From an uncultured Alphaproteobacteria bacterium (GTDB taxonomy: Bacteria > Pseudomonadota > Alphaproteobacteria > Methylaequorales > Methylaequoraceae): a stretch of DNA of 64,000 nucleotides. A model generated the notes under the pieces. It was not told where the DNA came from. It did no database searches and saw only the letters and a program-made list of their open reading frames with translations. The stretch spans positions 207,886-271,885 of the forward strand of contig CACEWP010000001.1 in assembly GCA_902563305.1 (NCBI GenBank). Reading direction: 5' to 3'. Of this stretch, positions 1 to 9,951 are shown piece by piece. Position numbers and translations under genes: made by a program. Within the stretch, counting starts at the first letter, position 1, and every line of letters begins with the position of its first letter.

Positions 1-1243
1 CTCTTATTCTGTCTATAAATCAGATGATAAAGTTCTTGTAAATTTATCAAAAATTTCAAATCTGAATGTTCTTCAAAAAAACTATCAGCTATTGCTTATT
101 GGAATGGCAATAAAAAATTACTGTAAGTCAGGGAATTTTTATGTTGACTATTTTGGTAATACAAAATCTTCTATTAAAAATTTTCTTTTAGGTTGGTCTC
201 TTTCTAATTATACATTTGATAAATTTAAGTCAAAAAAGAAAGATAAAAATAATGCAAAAATTTTCCATGAATTTGGAGAAGAAATAAAATCAGTAAGTGA
301 ATCATATTTCTTTACAAGGGACTTAATTAATACACCAGCTAATATTTTAGGGCCAGTGGAAATTTTTCAGTCTGCGAGTAAGTTCTTAAAAAAATTTTCT
401 GTTGTGCATTGTATCTCAGGTAAAAAATTAGAAAAAAACTTTCCTCTTATCTCTGCGGTTGGTCAGGCAGCAGATGATTCCAAGCAACCAATTTTTTGTG
501 AATTCAAATTGAAGAAGAAAACATCCAAAAAAAAAGTTTTCCTAATTGGAAAAGGGGTATCTTTCGATACCGGTGGGTTAAATATAAAAACTGGAACCGG
601 AATGTCATTGATGAAAAAGGATATGGGAGGAGCCGCGAATTGTATTGGTCTTGCCAAATTGGTCAGTGATTTTGACTTAGATGTAGACTTACGACTAGTA
701 TTATGTCTTGTCGAGAACTCAATATCAAAAAGATCGATAAGACCTTCTGATATAATTAAAAGTAGACAGGGAAGTTATGTAGAAATTGGTGATACTGATG
801 CTGAAGGTAGATTAATACTTGCTGATGCAATAAGTTATGCATGCGAAAACAAACCCGATTTAATTATTGATATGGCAACACTTACAGGTGCCTCAAGGGT
901 TGCAATGGGAATAGAGATTCCAAGTTTTTTTTGTAATAACGATGATCTATCTATGAAGTTAATAGATTTATCTCAAAAAATTGGTGATCCACTTTGGCAA
1001 CTTCCCTTATGGGAGAATTATTCAGACCAGCTTAACTCATCACATGCAGATTTCAAAAATATAGGAAACAGCATGTTTGGTGGAGCAATTACCGCGGCTT
1101 TATTTTTACAAAAATTTGTTAAAAATATTCCATGGATACATGTTGACCTTATGGCTTGGGCTAGAGCTAACAAATTTAGTTCATATGAAGGAGGAGAGGC
1201 AATGGGGATTAGAGCGCTTTTAGAACTTATAAAAAAACTTTAG
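1..1243 (+). CDS. M17-family leucyl aminopeptidase; 5' end lies outside the window
   Basis: The frame of the 92..1243 ORF is open from nt 2 with no stop, so the gene starts upstream of the window. M17 active-site motifs GDTDAEGRL and DMATLTGA are present. Confidence 0.85.
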   Translation, partial: SYSVYKSDDKVLVNLSKISNLNVLQKNYQLLLIGMAIKNYCKSGNFYVDYFGNTKSSIKNFLLGWSLSNYTFDKFKSKKKDKNNAKIFHEFGEEIKSVSESYFFTRDLINTPANILGPVEIFQSASKFLKKFSVVHCISGKKLEKNFPLISAVGQAADDSKQPIFCEFKLKKKTSKKKVFLIGKGVSFDTGGLNIKTGTGMSLMKKDMGGAANCIGLAKLVSDFDLDVDLRLVLCLVENSISKRSIRPSDIIKSRQGSYVEIGDTDAEGRLILADAISYACENKPDLIIDMATLTGASRVAMGIEIPSFFCNNDDLSMKLIDLSQKIGDPLWQLPLWENYSDQLNSSHADFKNIGNSMFGGAITAALFLQKFVKNIPWIHVDLMAWARANKFSSYEGGEAMGIRALLELIKKL

Positions 1244-2820
1244 AAAAATGCTGAACTGAGCAAACGTTTTGTATATTCGTTTTTAGGTTTAGAGAAAACC
1301 TTATTTTTTTCATCAAATTCAATTATCTTCCCTGCTTTCATAACCATAATTTTATCAGATAAAGCTTTAACTATTTTTAAATCATGACTGATAAATATAT
1401 AGGTTAATTTATTTTTTTCCTGAAGATCTAAAAGTAAGTCAACTATCTGAGATTGAACAGTCATATCAAGTGCACTTGTGGGCTCGTCAAGAATTATTAA
1501 TTCGGGATTTAAAATAAGAGCACGAGCAATTGCAATTCTTTGACGTTGCCCTCCTGAAAATTCATGTGGATACCTTGAGAGCATGGAGAAATCAAGACCT
1601 ACGTCATTAATAATTTTTTTAGTTAAATCTATCATCTCTTTTTTTGTTCTTTTTTTAAAGTGTACCTGAAGACCTTCACTCACAATATCTTCAATAGTAA
1701 GCCTAGGGCTTAATGAGGCAAATGGATCCTGAAATATTATCTGAATATTTTTTCTGTAAGACCTAAAGTTTTTTTCACTTAAATTTGAGATATTTTTATT
1801 CTTAAAAAAAACACTCCCATCAGAAGAAATAAGTTTTATCAATGCCTGGGCAAGAGAACTCTTCCCCGATCCACTCTCACCAACAATGCCTAAGGTCTCT
1901 CCTTTGAAAATATCAAATTTAAGATTTTTCACAGCTTGAAAATCATCGTCCTTATTTCTAAAGAAAACTTTGCTAGAATTTTTATAAAAAACGCTGAGAT
2001 TTTTGACAGATAAAATAATTTCATTTTTGTAATTTTTTATTTTTTTCTCTCTAGGCTTAGAATTAATAAGTTTTTTTGTGTAAATATGTTGAGGTTTATT
2101 AAAAACCTCTAACGTTTTATTCTGTTCAACAATTTTTCCTTTTTCCATAACACAAACTCTATCAGCAATCTGTCTTACTATCCCCAGGTCATGAGTTATA
2201 AGTAAAAGAGACATCTGATATTTTTTTCTTAGGCTATCTAAAAGATCTAAAATTTGTTTTTGAATAGTAACATCAAGGGCAGTTGTCGGTTCATCTGCAA
2301 TTAACAAGTCAGGATTATTGGCTATTGCCATAGCAATCATTACCCTTTGTCTTTGCCCTCCTGATAATTGATGTGGATAATGGTATAATCTTTTCTCTGG
2401 ATCCTCGATTCCAACTTCTTTTAGAAGATTTATACATTTAGATTTTTTTGATTTAAGGCTTATTTCAAAACACTCAGATATCTGTTTTTCAATTGTATGG
2501 AGAGGATTAAGAGAGGTCATAGGTTCCTGAAAAATCATTGAAATCTTTTTCCCTCTTATATTTTGTAAACTTGATTCGTCTAAATTTAAAAGATTTTGTT
2601 TTTCATATATTGCACTTCCAGAAATTTTCAGGTTTGAATTTGACCTTATTAATCTCATAATAGTTAAAGCAGTTACTGATTTTCCGGACCCGCTTTCACC
2701 AACAATTGCAAGACATTCTCCTCTAATAATTCTAAAGTTACTTTGTTTGACAGCATTAACTGTTTGATTATTAAATTCAAAAGTAATATTTAAATCTTTA
2801 ACTTCTAAAAGAGTTTGCAT
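1240..2820 (-). CDS. yejF: Peptide (microcin C-type) ABC transporter, fused double ATPase
   Basis: 526 aa with two ABC halves: Walker A GESGSGKS twice and signature LSGGQRQR twice. It is last in a co-directional binding protein-permease-permease-ATPase operon. Confidence 0.9.
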   Translation of the reverse strand: MQTLLEVKDLNITFEFNNQTVNAVKQSNFRIIRGECLAIVGESGSGKSVTALTIMRLIRSNSNLKISGSAIYEKQNLLNLDESSLQNIRGKKISMIFQEPMTSLNPLHTIEKQISECFEISLKSKKSKCINLLKEVGIEDPEKRLYHYPHQLSGGQRQRVMIAMAIANNPDLLIADEPTTALDVTIQKQILDLLDSLRKKYQMSLLLITHDLGIVRQIADRVCVMEKGKIVEQNKTLEVFNKPQHIYTKKLINSKPREKKIKNYKNEIILSVKNLSVFYKNSSKVFFRNKDDDFQAVKNLKFDIFKGETLGIVGESGSGKSSLAQALIKLISSDGSVFFKNKNISNLSEKNFRSYRKNIQIIFQDPFASLSPRLTIEDIVSEGLQVHFKKRTKKEMIDLTKKIINDVGLDFSMLSRYPHEFSGGQRQRIAIARALILNPELIILDEPTSALDMTVQSQIVDLLLDLQEKNKLTYIFISHDLKIVKALSDKIMVMKAGKIIEFDEKNKVFSKPKNEYTKRLLSSAFF

Positions 2821-2822
2821 TA

Positions 2823-3845
2823 TTAAATCACCTTTCTTGGATCAAATGCATCTCTCACAGCTTCACCAATAAATACTAGCAAACTCAATTGAAGAGAAAG
2901 CGTTACAAACGCAGAAAGTCCTAACCATGGGGCTTGTAAATTGGCTTTACCTTGAGCGACCATTTCACCTAGTGAAGGAGATCCAGGAGGCAATCCGAAC
3001 CCTAAAAAATCTAGAGAAGTAAGAGTGGCTATTGAACCTGACAATATAAATGGCATCAATGTTAATGTTGCTACCATTGCATTTGGGAGAACATGTTTAA
3101 ACATAAGCTTAACGTTATTAACTCCTAGCGCCTTAGCTGCTTTAACATATTCAAAGTTTCTAGCTCGAAGAAATTCAGCTCTGACAACACCTTCTAGAGA
3201 CATCCAACTGAATAAAAGCATTATAGATAAAAGAATCCAAAAACTTGGTTCAACAAAACTGGAAATAATAATTAGTAGATATAGAACTGGTAAACCCGAC
3301 CATATTTCAATAAATCTTTGGCCAAATAAATCAATTTTTCCTCCATAAAAACCCTGAATACCTCCGGCGAATATCCCAATCAAACTAGATAAAGCTGTTA
3401 AGGTTAATCCAAAAAAAACAGAAATTCTGAACCCATAAATTAATCGTGCTAATACATCTCTACCTTGATCATCTGTTCCTAATAAATTTTCAAAAGTAGG
3501 AGGAGATGGAGATGGAACTCTTAAGTCATAATTTATTGTGTCAAATGAATATTCAATAAGTGGCATAATAAAAAACCCCCGCTCATTTATTAATGTTTTA
3601 ACAAAAGGGTCCTTATAATCAGCTTCTGTTTCAAATTCACCACCAAAATACGTTTCTGGAATTTTTTCAAAAACCGGGAAATGTATTGTTTTATCAAAAA
3701 AAATAAAAATGGGTTTATCATTGGCGATGAATTCAGCAAAAATAGATATAAAAAACAGGAAGCTAAATATTAAGGCAGAATAGTAGCCTCTTTTATTAGC
3801 TCTAAAATTATTTAATCTTCTCAATGTCAATGGAGACAGCTTCAT
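2823..3845 (-). CDS. yejE: Peptide ABC transporter permease (DppC/OppC-like)
   Basis: 340 aa multi-TM protein with a binding-protein-dependent permease signature region (LGTDDQGRDVLARL, EAVRDAFDPR tail). It abuts yejF and yejB. Confidence 0.85.
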   Translation of the reverse strand: MKLSPLTLRRLNNFRANKRGYYSALIFSFLFFISIFAEFIANDKPIFIFFDKTIHFPVFEKIPETYFGGEFETEADYKDPFVKTLINERGFFIMPLIEYSFDTINYDLRVPSPSPPTFENLLGTDDQGRDVLARLIYGFRISVFFGLTLTALSSLIGIFAGGIQGFYGGKIDLFGQRFIEIWSGLPVLYLLIIISSFVEPSFWILLSIMLLFSWMSLEGVVRAEFLRARNFEYVKAAKALGVNNVKLMFKHVLPNAMVATLTLMPFILSGSIATLTSLDFLGFGLPPGSPSLGEMVAQGKANLQAPWLGLSAFVTLSLQLSLLVFIGEAVRDAFDPRKVI

Positions 3846-4951
3846 TAATTTCTCCTACTTTCAAAGTCAATTCTAGGATCAATTAAAACGTATGTTAGAT
3901 CGCTAACAAGTCTTAAAAGCAACCCTATTAAAGTAAAAATGTACAAACTTCCAAAAACTACAGGGTAGTCCCTACCAAGTGCAGCTTCAAAACCAAGAAG
4001 CCCGAGTCCATCTAAAGAAAAAATAACTTCTATGAGTAAGGAAGATGTGAAGAGAATATTTATAAATGCAGCTGGGAAACCTGAAATAACAATTAGCATT
4101 GCATTTCTAAATACGTGGCCGTATAGAACTTTCTGCTCACTTACTCCTTTCGCTCGTGCTGTTAAAACATATTGTTTATTTATTTCATCAAGAAAAGAGT
4201 TTTTAGTTAACATGGTAAGGCTTGCAAATCCTCCAATTACCATTGCCAGAACTGGTAATGCAAGATGCCAAAAATAATCAATAATTTTTTCTAAAAAGGA
4301 AAGTTTCTCCCAATTATCAGAAACTAACCCTCGTAGTGGAAAAATATCTAAGTAACTTCCTCCTGCAAAAATTACTATAAGAAAGATAGCGAACAAGAAA
4401 CCTGGAATTGCATAACCTATAATAATCAAAGATGAAGAGTAAATATCAAATTTTGATCCATCTCTTACAGCTTTTTTTATCCCCAAAGGAATGGAAATTA
4501 AATATACAAAAAGAGTTGTCCATAAACCGAGAGAAATTGAGACAGGTAACTTTTCTAAAATTAATGATATAACAGTTTTATCTTTATAAAAACTCTCGCC
4601 AAAATCAAAAACAAGATAATTCTTAAGCATCTCGAAAAATCTCTGGACAGGAGGCTTATCAAAGCCGTATTGTTTTTCTAATTCTTTGATTAAATCTGGA
4701 TCTATTCCTTGGGAACCTCTGTATTTACTCTCTGAAGAGCTAAAATTTTTTTGGGACTGATTGCTCGATAATTGTTCTCCGCCAGAAGTGGTAAATCTCT
4801 CTGTTACAGACATATCGGTTCCCTTAATTTGAGCAATAGCTTTTTCAACAGGTCCACCGGGGGCAGCCTGAATGATAATAAAATTTACCGTCAATATGCC
4901 TAAGAGAGTTGGTATAATAAGCAAAAGTCTTTTAATAATATAATTTAACAT
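3845..4951 (-). CDS. yejB: Peptide ABC transporter permease (DppB/OppB-like)
   Basis: 368 aa with the typical N-terminus [19 protein letters not shown] and C-terminus [11 protein letters not shown] of DppB-family permeases. Its start and stop codons overlap the neighbouring genes. Confidence 0.85.
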   Translation of the reverse strand: MLNYIIKRLLLIIPTLLGILTVNFIIIQAAPGGPVEKAIAQIKGTDMSVTERFTTSGGEQLSSNQSQKNFSSSESKYRGSQGIDPDLIKELEKQYGFDKPPVQRFFEMLKNYLVFDFGESFYKDKTVISLILEKLPVSISLGLWTTLFVYLISIPLGIKKAVRDGSKFDIYSSSLIIIGYAIPGFLFAIFLIVIFAGGSYLDIFPLRGLVSDNWEKLSFLEKIIDYFWHLALPVLAMVIGGFASLTMLTKNSFLDEINKQYVLTARAKGVSEQKVLYGHVFRNAMLIVISGFPAAFINILFTSSLLIEVIFSLDGLGLLGFEAALGRDYPVVFGSLYIFTLIGLLLRLVSDLTYVLIDPRIDFESRRN

Positions 4952-6870
4952 TAGCTACTTTTTCTTCTAATCTTCCACAATATAAATAATAAGAAAATTA
5001 ATAGCAGATAATAAATTGTATTGTTCTTTTTATTTATTTTATTGTCTGTGGGAGACAAGGCGCCGCGCAAATTTTCTGCTTTCTTAGGATCAAACCACCA
5101 AAAATCAAAACCTAAATCGTATTTTGGCGAAACCTTAGGTCTGGAAATTTTATTCCAATAGGCTACTCTATAATGTCCTATATGAAACTGAGGAATTAAA
5201 TAATAATTGAATAATAATATTCTATCTAAAACTCTAGTGTATGTTACGAGCTCTTCTCTGGATTTTGAACTAATAAGTTTATCAATTATTTCATCTAGTG
5301 CTGGATTCTTTACACCCATATAATTAGGGCTAGCTTTTTGATCTGCTGCAGCTGATCCCCAGTAATTTTTTTGTTCATTACCAGGAGAAATTATTGAACC
5401 ATAATTTACAACAATCATGTCATAATCAAAATCTTCAAGTCTCCTTATGTATTGGGAATCATCTTGAACTGTTCTTATAGAGACATTTATACCTAATTTT
5501 TTAAGATTTCTTTTCATTGGTAAAACAATTCTTTCAAATAGTGGTGATCTAAGTAAAATTTCAAATTCAAAAACTTCACCTGTTTTTTGATTTGTTAATA
5601 CATCATTTTTAATTATCCAACCTTCTTTTTTTAAGATTCTTCTAGCAGATCTAAGGTTTTTTCTTAAACCATTTTCTTCATCTGTATTAGGTGGGGTAAA
5701 AACAGTTGTAAAAACTTCGTCAGGAATTCTGCCTCTGTAATTCTCAAGAATATTTAATTCTTCCTCACTCGGCAAGCTATGAGATGCCAGCTCAGAGTTA
5801 TCAAAAAAGCTTTTTGTCCTTGTATATGCATTATAGAATAAGTTTCTATTAGACCATTCAAAATCAAAAGCATAAGTTAAAGCTTTCCTTACATTTCTAT
5901 TTTTAAAAATTGATTTTCTTGTGTTAAAAGCAAATCCTTGCATACCACTGGGTCTGTAATATTTAATTTCTTCAACTTTTACTTTCCCATCTTTAACTGC
6001 TCCAAATTGATATGCCGTTGCCCAGTTTTTTGAAGAATTTTCTTGTTTAAAATCATAAGCCCCGGATTTAAATGCTTCTAATGCAACAGTTTCATCTCTG
6101 TAGTAATCATAATGAATAGTATCGAAATTATATCTCCCAATGTTTACATTTAAATCTTTTCCCCAATAATTCTTATTTTTCTTTAAAGTAAGACTTCTTC
6201 CTGCTTTAACATCTGTAATTAAATATGGTCCACTACCCAATGGAGGCGTAAGGGTTGTTTTACTGAAGTCTTTGCCTTTCCAGTCGTTTTTTGAAAAAAT
6301 TGGTAGTTGATATCCAATTATTAATGGGAGTTCAGGGTTGGGTTCTCCTTTAAAATAAAATTTTACCTCATTTTCATTAATTCTTTCCACTTTTTCAACT
6401 TGCCCCCAATAAGTTTTATAAGTTGGATGCCCTTTAGATATTATTGTTTCAAAAGAAAATTTAACATCATCAGCTGTAATTTTACTACCATCAGAAAATC
6501 TTGCATTCTTTCTTATTTTAAATGCTACCCAAGATCTATCAGGCGGGACTTTTACTCCTTCAGCAATTAAACCATACTGACTAAACGGCTCATCGAATGA
6601 GGATTTCATTAGAGTTTCAAAAAGGTATCCTGCTTGGTAAGCAGGGACCCCCTTCAAAATATAAGGATTTAAGTTATCGAATGTTCCAATAGAGAATCGA
6701 TTAATTCTTCCGCCTTTAAAGGCGTTTTCGTTAGCATAATCAAATTTTTTAAAATTTTTGGTATATTTTAAATCTCCATGCATTGCGATTCCATGACTAT
6801 ACTCAATACAATGCAAATTATTAAAGAGGAGCAAAAGTAAAACAAAAACAAAACTTCTTATATATTTCAA
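4951..6870 (-). CDS. yejA: Family-5 extracellular solute-binding protein (peptide-binding, YejA-like)
   Basis: 639 aa with an N-terminal signal peptide. Its size and sequence are typical of YejA-type family-5 binding proteins, and it is first in the yej operon. A hydrophobic C-terminal tail ([14 protein letters not shown]) is unusual. Confidence 0.8.
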   Translation of the reverse strand: MKYIRSFVFVLLLLLFNNLHCIEYSHGIAMHGDLKYTKNFKKFDYANENAFKGGRINRFSIGTFDNLNPYILKGVPAYQAGYLFETLMKSSFDEPFSQYGLIAEGVKVPPDRSWVAFKIRKNARFSDGSKITADDVKFSFETIISKGHPTYKTYWGQVEKVERINENEVKFYFKGEPNPELPLIIGYQLPIFSKNDWKGKDFSKTTLTPPLGSGPYLITDVKAGRSLTLKKNKNYWGKDLNVNIGRYNFDTIHYDYYRDETVALEAFKSGAYDFKQENSSKNWATAYQFGAVKDGKVKVEEIKYYRPSGMQGFAFNTRKSIFKNRNVRKALTYAFDFEWSNRNLFYNAYTRTKSFFDNSELASHSLPSEEELNILENYRGRIPDEVFTTVFTPPNTDEENGLRKNLRSARRILKKEGWIIKNDVLTNQKTGEVFEFEILLRSPLFERIVLPMKRNLKKLGINVSIRTVQDDSQYIRRLEDFDYDMIVVNYGSIISPGNEQKNYWGSAAADQKASPNYMGVKNPALDEIIDKLISSKSREELVTYTRVLDRILLFNYYLIPQFHIGHYRVAYWNKISRPKVSPKYDLGFDFWWFDPKKAENLRGALSPTDNKINKKNNTIYYLLLIFLLFILWKIRRKSS

Positions 6871-6880
6871 ATGTAACCTT

Positions 6881-7660
6881 TTATTGATTAAGATATCTTA
6901 GAGTTCTTTTATGGTGATTTTTTTCTATAGATGCAATAACTTTTCCCTCAGACTCTATACCTAATTGATTTCCATTCCAATCTGTAATAAAGCCTCCTTG
7001 TTCATTTATTAATGCAACTTGAGCCATATAATCCCAAGGTTTCATTTTTGCTTCTATTATCTGATCAACTTTTCCAGAGAGTAATAGGCCGTATGAATAA
7101 CAATCACTTCCAAAAATTGGAAATCCAATTTCTTTATAGATTTGTCTGATTACTTCTTCATCTTTATTTTCAAACATTAGAATTGATGTCGAAGAGACTA
7201 TTAACTCTTCATATTTTTTTTTGGGAACAATTAAAGAACATTTTTTTCCATTCAATTTCACACCTTCTTTATATCCTCCATACCATCTTTGTTTCAATAT
7301 AGGTATATCTATTACCCCTAAAACTGTTCGGTTATTTTCTATACAACTTATCAATGTTCCAAAAATAGGTTTTCCTGCAATAAAATTATGAGTTCCATCT
7401 AATGGATCTATCACCCACATAAAATTATCTTCTTTAACTTCTAAACCAAATTCTTCTCCTAAAACACTATGAGAGGGAAAAGTTTTTTTTAATTCTTCTC
7501 TAAATCTTAATTCAATTTCTTTGTCAATACTTGTAACAAAGGAACCATCTTTCTTTTCTTGAATTTTGAAGTGTTTAAAAAATTTTTTTTTTAATATATC
7601 TCCACTTAAATCTGCAAATGAATTTGCAAATTTAAGCAAATCTTGAACTGTAGTATTCAT
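6881..7660 (-). CDS. Inositol monophosphatase-family phosphatase (possibly histidinol-phosphatase HisN)
   Basis: IMPase motifs are present: WVIDPLDGTHNF and a downstream WDYMA-type motif. Length is 259 aa. Confidence 0.8.
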   Translation of the reverse strand: MNTTVQDLLKFANSFADLSGDILKKKFFKHFKIQEKKDGSFVTSIDKEIELRFREELKKTFPSHSVLGEEFGLEVKEDNFMWVIDPLDGTHNFIAGKPIFGTLISCIENNRTVLGVIDIPILKQRWYGGYKEGVKLNGKKCSLIVPKKKYEELIVSSTSILMFENKDEEVIRQIYKEIGFPIFGSDCYSYGLLLSGKVDQIIEAKMKPWDYMAQVALINEQGGFITDWNGNQLGIESEGKVIASIEKNHHKRTLRYLNQ

Positions 7661-8170
7661 TTATTTTAATGACTCAAGGTAAGATATTAAGTTTACTCGA
7701 TCGTTTATTTTGTTTAATCCCTTGTAAATCATCTTTGTACCATCAATATAATTTTTTGGATTTTCAAGAAAACCGTTAAGCTCTTGTCTTGTCCAATTCT
7801 TATTATAGTTTTTTAAAGCTTCAGAGTATTTAAAATCTGAAATAACTCCAACTTTTCTCCCTACTAAACCCCAAAGTGGAGGTCCAACTTTAATTTTTAA
7901 GTTAGGACTGAAATCATGACAAGCAGAACACTGTCTTGCTATTTTTGTACCTTTTTCAATACTTGCATTATTAAATAGTTCATTTATATCAATTTCCTCA
8001 TTCTCTGATGTTTTTTCAGTTGTTTCAATTTCTTTTTCCTCCACTTTTTCCTCTAAAACAACATATCCTTTTTGGATATTGTTAGCTTCATGATAGAATA
8101 TTTCATCAAGTACCTTGAAAGATTGAAACAAAATCAAGATTGACATCAAAGATAAAAAATATTTATTCAT
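7661..8170 (-). CDS. Membrane-anchored class I cytochrome c (CycM-like)
   Basis: It has an N-terminal TM helix, an acidic linker, the heme motif CSACH, then GPPLWGLVGRK and a distal Met region as in mitochondrial-type cytochrome c. Confidence 0.85.
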   Translation of the reverse strand: MNKYFLSLMSILILFQSFKVLDEIFYHEANNIQKGYVVLEEKVEEKEIETTEKTSENEEIDINELFNNASIEKGTKIARQCSACHDFSPNLKIKVGPPLWGLVGRKVGVISDFKYSEALKNYNKNWTRQELNGFLENPKNYIDGTKMIYKGLNKINDRVNLISYLESLK

Positions 8171-8216
8171 TTTTAATTAACCAAACAGAAACATTATATA
8201 TAAATAATTAGATATT

Positions 8217-8963
8217 GTGATCAATAAAAATAAAAAAAAGAGAATCGTTATTATCATTCCCGCACGACTAAAATCAATTAGGTTAGAAAAAAAACTTTTG
8301 AGAGATGTTAATGGTTTACCAATGATAGTTAGAGTTGCTCAAAGCGCAAAAGAATTGAAACTGGGAAGAGTAATTGTTGGAACAGATAGTTCGGAAATTT
8401 TTAATATTTGTGAAAAAAATAATATTGAATCGATGATGACTAAATCAGAACATAACAGTGGAACTGATAGAATTAATGAAGTTTATAGTAATATTGAAGA
8501 AGACTTTGATTTAATAGTAAATTTACAAGGAGATTTACCTGTCTTTAGAAAGGAGTTATTTGAAAAAACAATAAAACTCTTTTTAGATGACTCTGTTGAT
8601 ATAGGTTCAGCAGTTTGTGATCTAAAAGATGAAGAAATATTAGATAGAAATATAGTAAAAGCTGAGGTGCTCCTTGATAAAAGCAATTCAGGATTTGCGA
8701 TAGACTTCGTAAGAAGTCCCCCTCAACAAAGTAATAATCTATATCATCATATTGGAATATACATATACAGACCCAAAATTCTAAAAAAGTTTATAAAACT
8801 ACCTCAATCAATCAATGAGAAAGAGAGAAGTTTAGAACAGATGAGAGCAATGGATAATAATTTAAAAATAAAACTTGTTAAAGTGTCTCATAATCCTCCT
8901 AGCGTTGACACCATTGAAGATTTGACAAAAATAAGATTGCATTTTAAGAAAAATGATTTTTAA
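8217..8963 (+). CDS. kdsB: 3-deoxy-manno-octulosonate cytidylyltransferase (CMP-KDO synthetase)
   Basis: 248 aa with IIPARLKSIRLEKKLL, NSGTDRI, NLQGDLP and the EQMRA motif typical of KdsB. It has a GTG start. Confidence 0.9.
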   Translation: MINKNKKKRIVIIIPARLKSIRLEKKLLRDVNGLPMIVRVAQSAKELKLGRVIVGTDSSEIFNICEKNNIESMMTKSEHNSGTDRINEVYSNIEEDFDLIVNLQGDLPVFRKELFEKTIKLFLDDSVDIGSAVCDLKDEEILDRNIVKAEVLLDKSNSGFAIDFVRSPPQQSNNLYHHIGIYIYRPKILKKFIKLPQSINEKERSLEQMRAMDNNLKIKLVKVSHNPPSVDTIEDLTKIRLHFKKNDF

Positions 8964-8974
8964 TCACCCTAAGA

Positions 8975-9808
8975 ATGCAAAAAAAAAAAGTATCATTTCA
9001 GGGTCTTGAAGGAGCCTATTCAGATTTAGTCTGTAGAGAGTTTTATAAGGACTTTGATACAATGCCTTGTGAAAGTTTCCAGAAAACATTAGATGCCGTT
9101 ACTTCAGGCAGTGCGGATTTGGCATTAATACCTGTTGAGAATAATATTGCAGGCAGGGTTGCAGATATGCATTTTCTTTTAGAAAATATTAAGTTAAAGA
9201 TTGTTGCGGAACATTATAAGAAAATAGAACACCACTTGATGTCAAAAAAAGGAGGAACTATTAAAAAAATGTCAAAAGTCTACAGCCACGTTCACGCACT
9301 TTCACAATGTAAAAAAAATATAAAAAAACACGGATTTGAACCTGTAAATTTTATTGATACTGCGGGTGCTGCAAAGTTTGTTAGAGACTCTAATAAAGAG
9401 GATATTTCTGCTATTGCTTCAAAACTTGCTTCTGAGATTTATGGCTTGAAAATACTCAAAAAGAATTTTGAAGATAAAAAAGAAAATATTACTAGGTTTT
9501 TAGTTTTTTCCAAAAATAGTTTTAAAATTGATATTAAAAAAAAGGTAATTACGTCAATAGTTTTTAATACTAAAAATGCTCCAGCTTCTTTGTATAGGGC
9601 TCTAGGAGGATTTGCAATAAATAGTATTAATTTGACAAGATTGGAAAGTTTTTTTGTTAATAAAGATTTTAAGCAATTTTCTTTTATTATTGACGTTGAG
9701 TCACATCCAGAAAAGAAGAATTTCATTAGCGCATTAAAAGTACTTAAGAGCTTCTCAACAAAAGTAAGAGTACTGGGATTTTATGTGGCATCTCCATTTA
9801 GAAAATAA
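8975..9808 (+). CDS. pheA: Prephenate dehydratase (monofunctional, with ACT domain)
   Basis: 277 aa with FQGLEGAYSD, a PVENNIAGRV-type motif, and TRF..F plus ESRP-like (LTRLESF) ACT-domain motifs. Confidence 0.9.
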   Translation: MQKKKVSFQGLEGAYSDLVCREFYKDFDTMPCESFQKTLDAVTSGSADLALIPVENNIAGRVADMHFLLENIKLKIVAEHYKKIEHHLMSKKGGTIKKMSKVYSHVHALSQCKKNIKKHGFEPVNFIDTAGAAKFVRDSNKEDISAIASKLASEIYGLKILKKNFEDKKENITRFLVFSKNSFKIDIKKKVITSIVFNTKNAPASLYRALGGFAINSINLTRLESFFVNKDFKQFSFIIDVESHPEKKNFISALKVLKSFSTKVRVLGFYVASPFRK

Positions 9809-9849
9809 TATTATATTTAAAATTAAATTTTAAAATGTTAAGCTTAATA

Positions 9850-9940
9850 GGGAGTTGAATTTAGGCAATAGGTTCGCCAATCCGGTCAGGACTGAAAAGA
9901 AGCAGCCGTAACGTTTTCTATTGGGTTAAATTTCAGCTCC
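9850..9940 (+). ncRNA. ffs: Signal recognition particle RNA (small bacterial 4.5S type)
   Basis: The conserved domain IV core is GGTCAGG-ACT-GAAA-AGA-AGCAGCC (consensus GGUCAGGUCCGGAAGGAAGCAGCC, GNRA loop). The terminal arms GGGAGTTGAATTT and AAATTTCAGCTCC pair. It lies immediately upstream of dnaX, the usual alphaproteobacterial position. Confidence 0.85.
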
Positions 9941-9951
9941 TGCTAATCTTC

